Origin: Saccostrea cucullata
Taxonomy: Eukaryota
NCBI RefSeq assembly: GCF_032062105.1
Contig: NW_026920569.1
Span: 62,001 to 126,000, forward strand
Reading direction: 5' to 3'
Length of the DNA stretch: 64,000 nucleotides
Shown here: positions 1 to 12,100 of the stretch, in pieces
How the letters are laid out: each line of letters starts with the position of its first letter
How positions within the stretch are numbered: the stretch's first letter is position 1
The notes under the pieces: generated by a model
Databases searched by the model: none
What the model was told of the DNA's origin: nothing
The model's input: the letters and a program-made list of their open reading frames with translations, nothing else
Made by a program: the position numbers and the translations under genes

Positions 1-109
1 GCCCAAATACTCATAGAGAACTCATGCTAAGCTTCGGGTCGAAGCTTCCCTGAGCGGGGGAAGTGTAGCGGACAGTTAGTATATAGGGAACGTATACTGC
101 CTCGCCAGT

Positions 110-205
110 GAGCTAGCCTTTCTGGTGATGCGGTAGAGTCTCCCTCTATTTCAGGCAAGTTAAGCAACGGCGAGCCTGTTTAACCCTTGGATGGGAGACT
201 GCTTT
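110..205 (+). mobile_element. 5S rRNA-derived fragment (SINE3-like or 5S pseudogene piece)
   Basis: AAGTTAAGCAACGGCGAGCCTGTTTAACCCTTGGATGGGAGACTGC (157-202) resembles the 5S internal control region (box A to box C). The 5S 5' and 3' ends are missing. Confidence 0.55.
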
Positions 206-1017
206 TCGTTACAACTGGATTCATATTTATTCAAATTGGGGGGGGGGGGGGTAGGGGGCTATCAAATTTTGCCAAAATTATTTTCAAAACATTATTAATA
301 AAATTGTATAAGGCTATGTATATTAATATTTGATTCTTTTTCTGAATAACCATAATGGTATCATTAATACATGTACCATTGCAGACAGAGATAAATTTTT
401 TTTTTAAATGTTATATGTATCCACTGAAAACAGTTGGGGGAGGGGGCGTGTCAGTCGATCAAGGTCAGGATATTCAATATACGAGTGTATCTAGTTCCCA
501 ATCGTTTAACCCCATCCACCTCTCCACAATTTACATAATAATATTGAAATGGATAAAATAATGAAAAATGATAAGGGCTCTAGAGGGGTGTTGCTAAAAC
601 GAGGAACGGAAAATGTATTATATTTTTTTTTATTTTAGATTAAATCACCTTTAACAAACAAATTTGTAAACAATATATATTTTAGAAATTCAATCCCCCA
701 TTATTTAAATAAAGTTGATTTATTCATGTTCATAAAATCTCTTATTCACAAAAATTGCAGTCATAGCAGTGACGTAGAAACGATTTTGAAAGGGTCGGGG
801 GGGGGGGGGGGGGGGGTTAAAATTAAACTTACCTGAAAAGAATTTGCCAAGCGAAAAAAGAAGACAATTGTTTGATTCGGGAATCGGGAGGTGGGATAAG
901 AGTAAACTCCAGCATCTTTCATTTTCTTAAACTCCTTTATGGAGCTTTTTGTATAATATCCCCTGTCAGTATTTTTATAAGATTGTACCATTTTAAAATT
1001 GGCAGAAAGCAAACAAC

Positions 1018-1753
1018 TAGCTGCAGAACTGCAGCTCTCCGAAAAAACATATATTGATAGACCGGAGAGCTACAGTGTCACCCATTGAAAAAAACTGAGT
1101 GTATATTTATTGCGCACAAAAAAAAAATGCGCTGTTTCTCGATTTATTTCTCCATGTTCTTAAAACTGTCATCTCAAATTTCACAGGTGCTTGTGGACAG
1201 GACCCCCCCCCCCCCCCCTTCGATATAGACCCCTAGGCTTTTTCAATTTTTTTTTTCATAAAATATCTTTCATATTTGTGATAAGTTCTACATGTATACC
1301 AGCAAATCGAAAAATTACCTAAAACAAACGTTTTATTAAATCTACCCAACATTCTCTATATAAAAATCATATAGAGAGAGTAGATATTTTTATAGATATT
1401 TTTATAAAATGTAAGTTTAAGCAAATTTTCTGAATTGATAGGATAGATTATATCACAAATGTGTCATCCATATATAATTTATGTGAAAAAAGTCTAACAG
1501 GCCCGGGGGTCTATATTGGGGGGGGGGGGGGGGGGGTACTGTCCTCAAGCACCTGTGATGTAAACCATGTCGTTAATTGATAAAGGAGTAAGGACTTTAT
1601 TTAAATCTAGCCGTTTTTGCAATTGAGGTAAGAATTTGGAAGAATTAATCCAGAACCAAGCGCATTTTTTATGCGCAATAAATATACAGGTGGAACTGTA
1701 GCCCTCCGGTCTATCAATATATATTTTTTCGGAGAGCTACAGTTTTGCAGCTA
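1018..1753. mobile_element. MITE with ~160-bp imperfect TIRs and a 9-bp target-site duplication
   Basis: TAGCTGCAGAACTGCAGCTCTCCGAAAAAA... pairs with ...TTTTTCGGAGAGCTACAGTTTTGCAGCTA. GCAAACAAC flanks both sides (1009-1017, 1754-1762). A 7-bp TSD with CTAG termini is an equivalent reading. Confidence 0.8.
1181..1558. mobile_element. Inner MITE nested in the 1018-1753 element
   Basis: TIRs TCACAGGTGCTTGTGGACAG-polyC-ATATAGACCCC and GGGGTCTATAT-polyG-CTGTCCTCAAGCACCTGTGA. No clear TSD. Confidence 0.7.
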
Positions 1754-2805
1754 GCAAACAACTTACTGAAGGCTCAAATATTATATGTTCAAGTCTCAAA
1801 ATTTATATGAATGATACTGAGTCCGTTTGAATTTAAATACTTGTAATTTCCCTTTTATTAATTATAAAGAAACTAACTTAAAAATGTAAGGAACATATAT
1901 ATTCATATGATTGTTGAAAAATTGCAAGTAAGCCAATACAATTTATTATGTTTTTTTTCATTTCTAAACAATTGGCAAAATGCTAATCCTCATATTAGGG
2001 GTATCTTCTGACAATTTAGTTTTATTTAATTTTTAATTTTAATATTTTTCACTCTTAATTATTATTTCAAAGAAAATTTTTACATGTTTCAATATCTAAC
2101 AAACAATTGTTTATAATTTAAAGTACCATATTTGACTTTGTAACACATTTGAGTTTGAGCAATTTTTTCGAAAATTGGCAATTTGTAAATCCCCATATCT
2201 CAATTATTTATTATTTCCCAAGCTCAATATTTGGCAAAGATAATGTTTAGAGTTATATTTGTACAATAAAATCAAAAAAATTAATTTCAAAGATTGGTCT
2301 TGGAAGATTTTGGGCATTAAATTTGTAATACTTTTGGCAATTCTTGAAAATTGGAATCATGCCAATTTTCAAGAGTTGTCTGCCCTTTGATATATTGCAT
2401 ATTTGATTATGATAAATGTCAATTTTGAAAGAACATAGTATTATGTTATTCAAAATACCTTAATGGAAATGCAAGTTTAATTTTGAGTAAAATAAATCAA
2501 ATGTGAATTTTACCATTTTTCTTGAATTTTTTAAGTGCATTTGCACTTAAATGTGCAAAAAGGAGGTGGCGCTGCCTACGGCTGCCATGTTGAATGATGG
2601 GAATTTTTTTGGTCGTTTTTTAATAACATATTATAAAGTCTAACTGCCCACCAAATTTCATTAAGATATGACAACCTTCGATTTGGACAGTTCTGCATGG
2701 TTTTCTCGTGGACTGGCTCTTAAAAAACAAGAAGTCTCGGTATGAATCTTATTTACTATGACTTATTGCTGGACAATGTGTGACTGATGATGTTTTTATT
2801 TTCAG

Positions 2806-4243
2806 TGCATCCATACGCCGTAGCAGTATGAGGGGAGAGAAAAGCCCGCTCTTCATGAAAGAAGCCCGGGAGGAGGCCCTTCATTTCGGCTGGGGACAGA
2901 GCAACGAAGACTTAATGGTCAGGGCCAATCAAATGTCTTCTCTTTGTTTAAACATCCAAATATATGTCTTAATCATGCAGACCTGTTAAAATACTGAAAA
3001 ATATATTATATTGGTAGTTTAATGTGACGTGTATTTCATAAATGTAGTGTATTCCTCATAAATTGAAGTCAAGTTGTCAGTGAAATGTTACCAGATGAAC
3101 TCATTATTCAAATATCTAAAATAAGATATTCAGAGTCCAACAGAACCACCAATAAGTGTAAACATTATCATATACATCATTATAATTCTTGCTTACACTT
3201 TTAGTTATTTCATACTGTACTTAATATACGTAATGGCTTTGATTGAATTGTTTCACTTTCTTCCTACATTTTGATGTCGTATTACTATTTTCCACATATT
3301 AAATTCTCCAAAGAAACCTAATGCTAAAAATTGAAAGTTTGGAGGAACTGTATTTTATGCAGGTTATAATTAGAGTGATTTACTTTGGCAGGAGGAGGAT
3401 AAAGAGAACAGTCCAGCAACAAACATAGAAGATGTTCAGATCATCATAGAGGAGGAAAAACCGGAACCAACTAAAAAGGTGTCACCCCCCTCCCCCGAAC
3501 AACCAAAGACTGTAGATACTACAGCATCCCCCAGACTGTCCCCGGGAAGCACACAGACAGACAGACCACCAGGAGAACGACAATCCTCAAGGTCAAATAG
3601 GCCAGAGTCTGCCCCTCAAGGTCAGCCCAGTCAAAGGCCAAGACCTCAGAACCCTTCCCCCAACAGCCGACAAGAGAGGCCCACATCCACCCCCAGTAGC
3701 CGTCAGGAACGGCCGACGTCTACCCCCAACAGCCGACAGGAACGGCCGACATCTCACCGAGAAACTACCCCTGACAAACCTAGAACAAACAACATTCCAA
3801 AGTCTGTGTCGGAACAGGAGCGACAGAGGCAGCAGGAGAGGCGAAGTGATTCCTCGAGTCCGCGCGTCAAATCAAACTCGTATCAGTTAAACAGCACTGA
3901 GACGGGGACCAGCTCAAACGTTCGCTACCCTTCTGGTCCCTCGTCCATAACTCTGGCCGATTTAAAACGACAGCGTGCAGAGTCAAGAAGCAGAGAGAAT
4001 AGCCTAACGGACATAAGTTCTCAAGTTCAGAACATGTTTATTAACAGTCTGTCCTCTAACAATAGCAAAAAATACAGTTCATCATCGCTGCCTGGCAAAG
4101 AGCCCCATAAAGATAAAAATGGACATAATACCAACAACAACACGCAAGGTTACCACCCAGAGGCGGTGCACAAATTCAAAGCACCACACAGTTCTCCCGT
4201 CATCGGAGAGGACGATAAACAGGGCTGTTGTGTGGTCATGTGA
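2806..4243 (+). CDS. Last two exons (2806-2917, 3392-4243) of an unidentified protein with an S/P/R-rich disordered tail and a C-terminal CCaaX prenylation motif; 5' part lies outside the window or was not found
   Basis: Junctions ttcag|T..., ATG|gtcagg and tggcag|GAGGAG keep frame into the 254-aa ORF. The protein ends QGCCVVM*. GC-rich relative to the flanks. Confidence 0.8.
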
Positions 4244-7200
4244 CATTAACGGTAAAATATATTGCAAGTGATAAACTGCAAGAAAGCGCACGGTCGCCAG
4301 CTTACAACATGATTCAGAAGCAGCATTTGTGTTTTCATATGATCAAAAGTGGGTAGGACTTGGTAAAAAGTCAAGTGACATCAGTTGATGTGAAGTAACG
4401 AGTGTGGGGTTGTGTCTTAGTTATCTGTGCTGATATGTGATATAATTTTATAGATGAAGGTGTGTTGATATGAAGAATTTTACGGTGATATATTTCCAAA
4501 CATTATGTATATTTAGAGAGGTTGCTTTATACTTGCAAATTTGTATTTATTTTGTTATACATATTTACCCTTTCTAATGGGTAGGGTTTTGTTCATATAA
4601 TAGCAATGGATGCTTTTGCTAGAATTTGTGCTCAAATTCTTCTTTCATTGCTCAAGAAGTGAAATGGCAAAGCAAAAAAATAAATTTATGGCCATGTTAC
4701 AAAGACTTTTAAAAATGGATATTCCAAAAAATAATGTCAGCATAAATTTTACTTGTTGTCTTCTACAAATATTACACTCATAACAAGAATCATGTAACTT
4801 CATAAACATTGGGTTAGAATCTGTCACTGTTTCATTGTCCACTGTAGATGTGACATTCCAAACTTGTATACTGTATAATGGGTCATTTTCAGTGGTCAAT
4901 TTCAGCTCAAAGAAAAAAAAAACTTGGTAAGGGAAGTAATTTAGGCCATATCTGGGATTGAAAGTATTGCGAAAGTGTTTTACATGTTAAAATACGCGTA
5001 GTTTATATGGATGAGGAATGTCATGGTTTGAAGTGACAGAAATGACCCATTATACTGTAGTCCTCCTGCATTCCCTTGTGTTCCCTAGGATTACCTTTAA
5101 TAATCACACTTTCATAGGTCATACACTTTATACTTGAAGAATTCAGAGATATTAACTGTTTTGCTAGCCAATCAGATTGTATTAAAAGTAGCTCATTTCT
5201 TATCATGGCCAAGGTATCATGTACTTTTTTAATGCAAGATGGAATATCAAAGTTTTTTATGTGGAGAAGGATTTAAAAGTCATAGATTAAATAAAGTATC
5301 TGTAATATAGGCAGCCAAGATTGATTTAAAAAAGGGAGGTAAATCTCCAATGATGTAAAGCCATAGTATGTATCGATATGATGCACATTTATTGCACAGC
5401 AAGCTGTAACAGGGTTTCATCATTATGATATATGCAATATTTTCTGTACATTTTATATTTTAGAAGTGCTGATTCGTAGAAGCTTTGTGCACATCTGTAT
5501 TCCAGCTATTTTATTTATGCAGTCCTTTTTTATGTTGAGCACTTGATGTTTGTTTCCTTTTTATGTTGGTGATTGCAATAGAATGTGACTAACAGGAAGA
5601 ATGATTAATTGTTTGTTATATAGTACGGTTTTTTTAAAAAAATTGAAAATAGTCCTGAAATTGATGAAATATATTTATTAGTTGTACTCTAATTTGTAAC
5701 ATTTTCCCCTTGTTTACAAAGATTCATTCCAAATACATTGTAGATTTCAGGGTTTTTTTCATGTATCTCAAAAATAAATTCAGTAATCCAGGTTTCAATG
5801 TGAATTGTCTTCTAAAATTGTCAATGTGTTGAAGAATTATAAAACTACTTAAAATAAATTAAACACTCTCACATCACATTAAATTTTTAAAGAAAATAAT
5901 TAAGCATTTCCTTTGCATGCAATGTGGGTGAGAAAAACAAAGACATAAATAGTGAATATTTTTTGTGCATTTCATGATAATGGTATCAATGTCAGTTTGA
6001 TCTTGCAGAAGTCAGAAATATAAAAGATATATAGCTGCTTTAAAAAATATATAAATGTATGGGTTGTGTCAGCATATTAATGCACATCAGGAAATGTATA
6101 GTTTATTTGTTCTATATAAACACCTGGCCAGTTTCACTGTAAATGATTTAGCAGCAATAGGTACAAAAACAGAGTGCTTTATTTAGTTGTTTTTTCCTCC
6201 ATTTGATTTATCCTAGTAGTATTGAATAAGATATTAAAAACTTTAGTCCAAAGGACTTAAAAATTTATCATTTTCAAAAAAAAAAAATCCCTAATATATA
6301 TTAAGCAAGAAGAAATCAGTATCATATGGCTGACTGCCTGGTAGGTTAATTATTGATCTGGTTACAGATTATGTATCGATAGAAAAGATATAGGAATTGC
6401 TTGCAGGAACCTTTTATACGGCACTGTGTAAAATGTATGTTGTTTTGGATACCAGCACACCTAAGATGAAACTTTGTAAAACTAGTACAAGGTAAATTTT
6501 CCAAGTTTAATGAATTGTGTACACCTGTCTTCACATTGAACTTATTGTTAAAATACATCCATTCCATTCCTTTTTTAAAGAATGCATAAAGATGAAATTA
6601 TTTTTCAATGGAACAAATAAACAGACAATACAATGTTTTGTTTTGTTTTTATTTTAATGTAGCAGTTTTTCCCTAATTTTCTACAACTGTTATCTGTCAG
6701 GTTAGATGACCTTTGATCTTCTGGCATCAAAATCAATAACAGTCAGCTAATCTGAAAACAATGTACCAAGTTTGAGAGTGATCTCAAAATATTCAGAAGA
6801 AAATTATCAAAGTCAACATTAGTTTTACCCTGACATTTGACCCCAAAATCTACTAAGTCAACTATTTCTTAAGGGATACCTGGTTTTCAAGATATTGAGT
6901 GATTAAGGTCTTCCTATGTCCTGTTTGAATTTTAGATTATCTGTCAGTCTGATAGTTCTTAGATATTTTAAAACGGATCATTATTAAATCACTTAAGTCA
7001 GATTGACTTCTGATCTTGTGACCTTAAAATCAAAAGCAGTTACCAAGTATTTATTTCAATGGGAAACCAATAAAATTATATGATCTTATGTTTGTTAAGC
7101 AAATGATCATCACACAAAAAGTTGTGCTTTTCATTCCCAAACTAAAGTGTCATGATATATCCTGAACAAAGACAGGACTGTCCCTTAAATCTGGGGGCAG

Positions 7201-9115
7201 GGAAATTATTTCCCCTCCTTTAATGATCAATGTAATCCCCTGATTCCTCCCCATTTGGAGAGGAACCCCAGATCCTCTACTTTTTGAGCTTGCCCTTCTA
7301 CTTCAATTCTACCTGTGACATTACTTGTCTCTGTTATTTATTGAGAGGAGGAGGAGGAAAATATATAAACCTTAAGACTCCAACAATGCAATTCACTTTT
7401 AAATTAACATTTTATTTATCAAATGCAAGTAAATGTAACACAATAATGTGTTAAAACTAATATTAAAATAAGCTATAACAAAATATATAAACCTACTACA
7501 AAGAATTGTATAACATTCCAGTACACACATACAAAATAATACATCAATTAACTTGTAGGAGAGAGAAAATCAAAAAGTTCATACATCGCTTATTTGTTTT
7601 ATCTGCTTCCAGCTTATTTACACACTGTTGCCAGGTTCATTTGGTTTTATGTATTTCTGCACATAAATCCCCCACTTACAACACTTCTAACAAACAATTC
7701 TGAATCATTTCATTTCACTTAATTTTTCAAGTTAAAAAAAATTTCTTTGAAAAAAAAAATTTAGAAAAAAATCTGATACAACCAACCTGACAAATGAAGG
7801 AAATATCCTGTAACAAAAAGTTTTACTAATGCTAGAATTTTTCACAAATTTATATATAAAATTCTTAATCAGCACATAAAAAATTTGGACAATGTGTGAA
7901 TTTGGTAATTGTAATGAAAAAGGTGATGTTTTTTTGGTATCTTGCTATATATTTACAGTAAACTTTACTGGATGTTAATATGTGTATCTTCACCACATAC
8001 AAACATATTAAGGTTCATTAATACTCTGATAAGATAGATAACTCTTAATAAAATATTTGTATTCTTTCATAACTTTGACAAGATGTCATTTTTGACAAAT
8101 TTTGCCTTGCAAGATGTTCTAAAACTCTTGGCATTTACCTAAAGCAGAATGCATTCCTTGTGGAAAATCATAATGTGCATTAAAGAAATTTTTTTTATAT
8201 GAGTGAACAGAGAAATATGAACATATGAGACATATACTAGTGTATACATAAAATACCTCATATAATGACAGTATTGCAGCAACTGTAAATAAGATAGGAA
8301 CTAAGTTTAATACATACATTACATAAGTAAATTGCACCTTAATAATCCCCTTGCTAACAAAATAACACCTGTATAAATATATCTTGTACATACATGTTTT
8401 AACAATTGTCATGTAATACTAAACATTACACATATTATACATGTACATAAATTTACTATACAAAACCTTCAAAAAGGGTTTTACTGCCACATGATAAAAG
8501 GAGTCCCCTAAAAATGAGCAAAGATAACTGAAAACGGTTCTTGAAAGAGATTTACCCCACTTAACATCAGACAGAAAATTAAATATCACAATATTATATA
8601 TACCACAGGAGACACATTTATTGGGAACAAAAAAAATGTGTTGAACAAGCGTCTATTTTTACATCAACTGATGAACACTCACTTTGAATAAAATGACAGT
8701 GGTAAAATATCCAAGTTAAAAAAACTTTCTGAGAGATCTCAATAAGCTGTGTTGGTACATGTAATTATTACTGGACTAGCTAGGACCAGTTTTACCCTGT
8801 CCACAAACAGATCTAGTGAAAGCTTAGGCAACATTGCCCATTGGTCAATCAAATTATAGGTTTGTAAAAAAAAAAATTAAAAAAAAAATCTGAAGAACTG
8901 AGATTGTAAGAGCAAAGTGATTTCATAAAACAGTACATTAAAATAATGTTTCAGGTGTTATAAAGTCCCCAAACCCATGGATATTTTTTCAGAAATGACA
9001 CTTTAAAAGTACATGTATATCATGATAACAGGTACAAGAAAGACTGTTAGGCAGCTGCAATCTCCAGAATTGTCTTTTCTTGAAATTCATATTTTCAATT
9101 TTCTGGATTGTTTAA

Positions 9116-12100
9116 TTAACTTTGTTTCTTTCCTTTTAGAACAGCATCAATCTTTTCCTTGTCTGCTGGAGATTTGTGCAGGTGCTGTAATGTAAAATGA
9201 GATAATTATCAATTTTTATTATGACCGAATATTTAGTACAAAATGTACTTGTATATAAATATGTGATTATACTCTTGTTTGAGGTAGAGATACAGTAAAG
9301 CTCATAGTGTTTAGCTGTGTAGAGGAATGTGCTTTAATTATTGCCCATGTGTATACAGTCTGTACTTCTAATGCATGTATACAGTAAAACTCGTTTAGTA
9401 CGAACACGGTTATTGCGAATTCACAGTTACAGCGAAGTTATGATACCCAGCTATATAAATTTAATGAATTTGTAAATACGGTTATAACGAATGGATATAG
9501 CGAAGTAATATGCGTTATAAATGTATATATAGGATTAGGTGTGGAAAAATGAGGGAACCTGGAAGTAGTCGACCAATATAAATCCAGGGTAACACCACAA
9601 AATGTCAACCCTAGACCTGCATTGGGATAGCTCACACTGATTAAGTATTCAGAGATACAGGTATTTTAAGAATACACTTTGATAACACCTGTATCTGTGT
9701 TACCATTGATACACCTTCATGTCTTACTATTCATATACTTAGTCAATCTTACCTTAGATACATCTATTTGGTAGTGCTGTGTAATGTAAATAATTCCATT
9801 TTTAATTCTCACATTTCTCTAAGATTCTTTTACTTAGCATTGTACAAATCAATGGATTTCAAGTATAAGTATATGAGGAGAATTTTTGATTCAAACAAAA
9901 TTTCCCTCTTCATTGTAACAGTATTTAACAAACTTCTGAAAAAAGTATTGTGAGTAAGTTTGCAAAATAATTTTTTCCCCACTTTATTTTTGAAGTGCCA
10001 ATTCAGTTTGTAAAATAATATGACCTTATTTTTTAAGTGCCCATCCAAAGTTTGTGGCCTATCCATGTACACTGAGCGTGTTTCCATGAAATATTCACAT
10101 AAAGATGTCACCTAGTTCTGGACTCCACGAGCTATTACCACCTTGCTCCATATTGACACTGACTATCACTGTAAATATACTAGTCCAATAGTTTCATTCA
10201 CCTTTTCTTGGAGAGCTAGCTTGGACTGATACGCTGTTTTGGCAAGTTCAATCTCCACCCAATGAGGCTGGTCTGGTATTAAGATGGCTACGGCTACCTT
10301 GATGGCTAGAATAATGTGCTACAACACAAAACAAGGAATCATTAATAGCTAGAATAATGTGCTGTAACACAAAACAATGAATCCTTAATACACATCTTTA
10401 AAACAAACTATGTAGTGTCATTAAACCTACCATATGAATCATGGTGTAGTTTATCATATTAGCCATAATCATGAAAGTACAGTTAGGATGCAGATGGTCT
10501 TTCCACAAGTTTTACTTACATTCTTACAATATATCTTCACTGGTATAAAAATTAAGGCACTGTTGATTGAAGAATTTCTGATTTAATTAGATTAATAACA
10601 AACCTCCACTGCTACGAATATAAGGACAATGTTGACTGGTGTGATGTCCGTGGGTAGGAGCTTTTTGACCTCCGGGTTCATCCCAATCAATGCACAGTTT
10701 GTCATCACGGCCATAATGCTGATCAACTCAAAAGCCACCTGAATTTACAAGGAAAAATCACAAAATGGGATTTCATACTCAAGCAGAAAATGAAAATCAT
10801 CGGAAATTTGAACTGGTGGAAATAAATAAGTCTATAGTAAATCGAAAGCACCTTAAACTTACATCATCACTAGATTTATTCAAAATTACACTTCATTGTT
10901 TCATTCATTTCCATCATAGATTAAAAAAATATAGTTATAAAAAAAAACTTACATAAATTCTGACAGCAATAAGTTGATATTATATCATTAGTCTACAAAC
11001 CTGCCAGGCTCCAATACTAGAAGCAGACTCTGCGAAGGGTCTCTGGAAGACTCGGACCATCTTGAAGGCATCTGAGCGAATTTCTGTGATGTTGTTTAGG
11101 AAAGCCCACAATGCAGCCAGAGGGAAAGCAGAGGAGAAGAGGAACACGTAACCAAACTGTAGAAACATCTCTAAATAGTCGTCCATCGTACCCTGAAAGA
11201 CAGAGAAGGGGTAGTATTACTGATCTTTAATGACATTTCCTAGTAATAATTCACTGTCAGAGACAGCTTATTTTTTTCCATTGTAACCTACCATGTATTC
11301 CTCTATCTTGCTCTCACAATTGATCCCCGTTTATTTCTGAACATCTACACATACTGTATACCCCTTCTTCTCCCTAATGACTACTCCCCAAACACCCCGT
11401 TTCTGAATCTCAAGACATACCAGGTATTCCTCCATCTCTCTCTCTCCCTGTCTATTTATATCCCCTATACATACCAGGTATTCCTCCATCTATTTATATC
11501 ACCTTTACATACCAGGTATTCCTCCATCTATTTATATCCCCTATACATACCAGGTATTCCTCCATCTCGCTCTCCACCCCTGCCTGTTTCTGAACCTCCT
11601 CGTCTATCTCTCCATTGAAATACTCCACTTTCTGTAGGGCGTCCTGTTTCTTCATCAAGTTGTCCACTTGTTTTTTCCGTCGCTTCAGGAAGACAAACGG
11701 TACCATGGCCTCCTGAATCTGACCAATCACTTGCTGGGTGATGAGTAGGCCCGCCAAGTGCTGAAATCCACGAGATTCAATGTAAACAAGAGAGGGGACT
11801 TAATAAAATCAAATTTAACTAAGAAATACTGACCTGAATGACTTAATCACTTGAGATGTTCTTTGTTTTATTTTATTGGCGTTTCTGTTATTAACAAGGA
11901 CATTTCCAGTAGGCCAAACATAAAAGCCTTAAAATGTACAAATACAATGCATGACATGACCATGCCTCCTAGTGAAAAGGCCAGAGAGTTAAAATTACAA
12001 CTTTTACAATGCGAGAAATGAGTTTGCGAGAAGAATAACCATGCCGTCCTCTATGTGCCTATCAACAACAAAAGGCCTGAGAGACCAATGTATTTATATA

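Noticed and set aside
110-205. Functional 5S rRNA gene
   Set aside because: Only ~45 nt resemble 5S and the terminal helix sequences are missing.
237-830. Poly-G tracts as regulatory G-quadruplexes
   Set aside because: Homopolymer G/C runs recur within MITE remnants across the window, and their lengths are unreliable.
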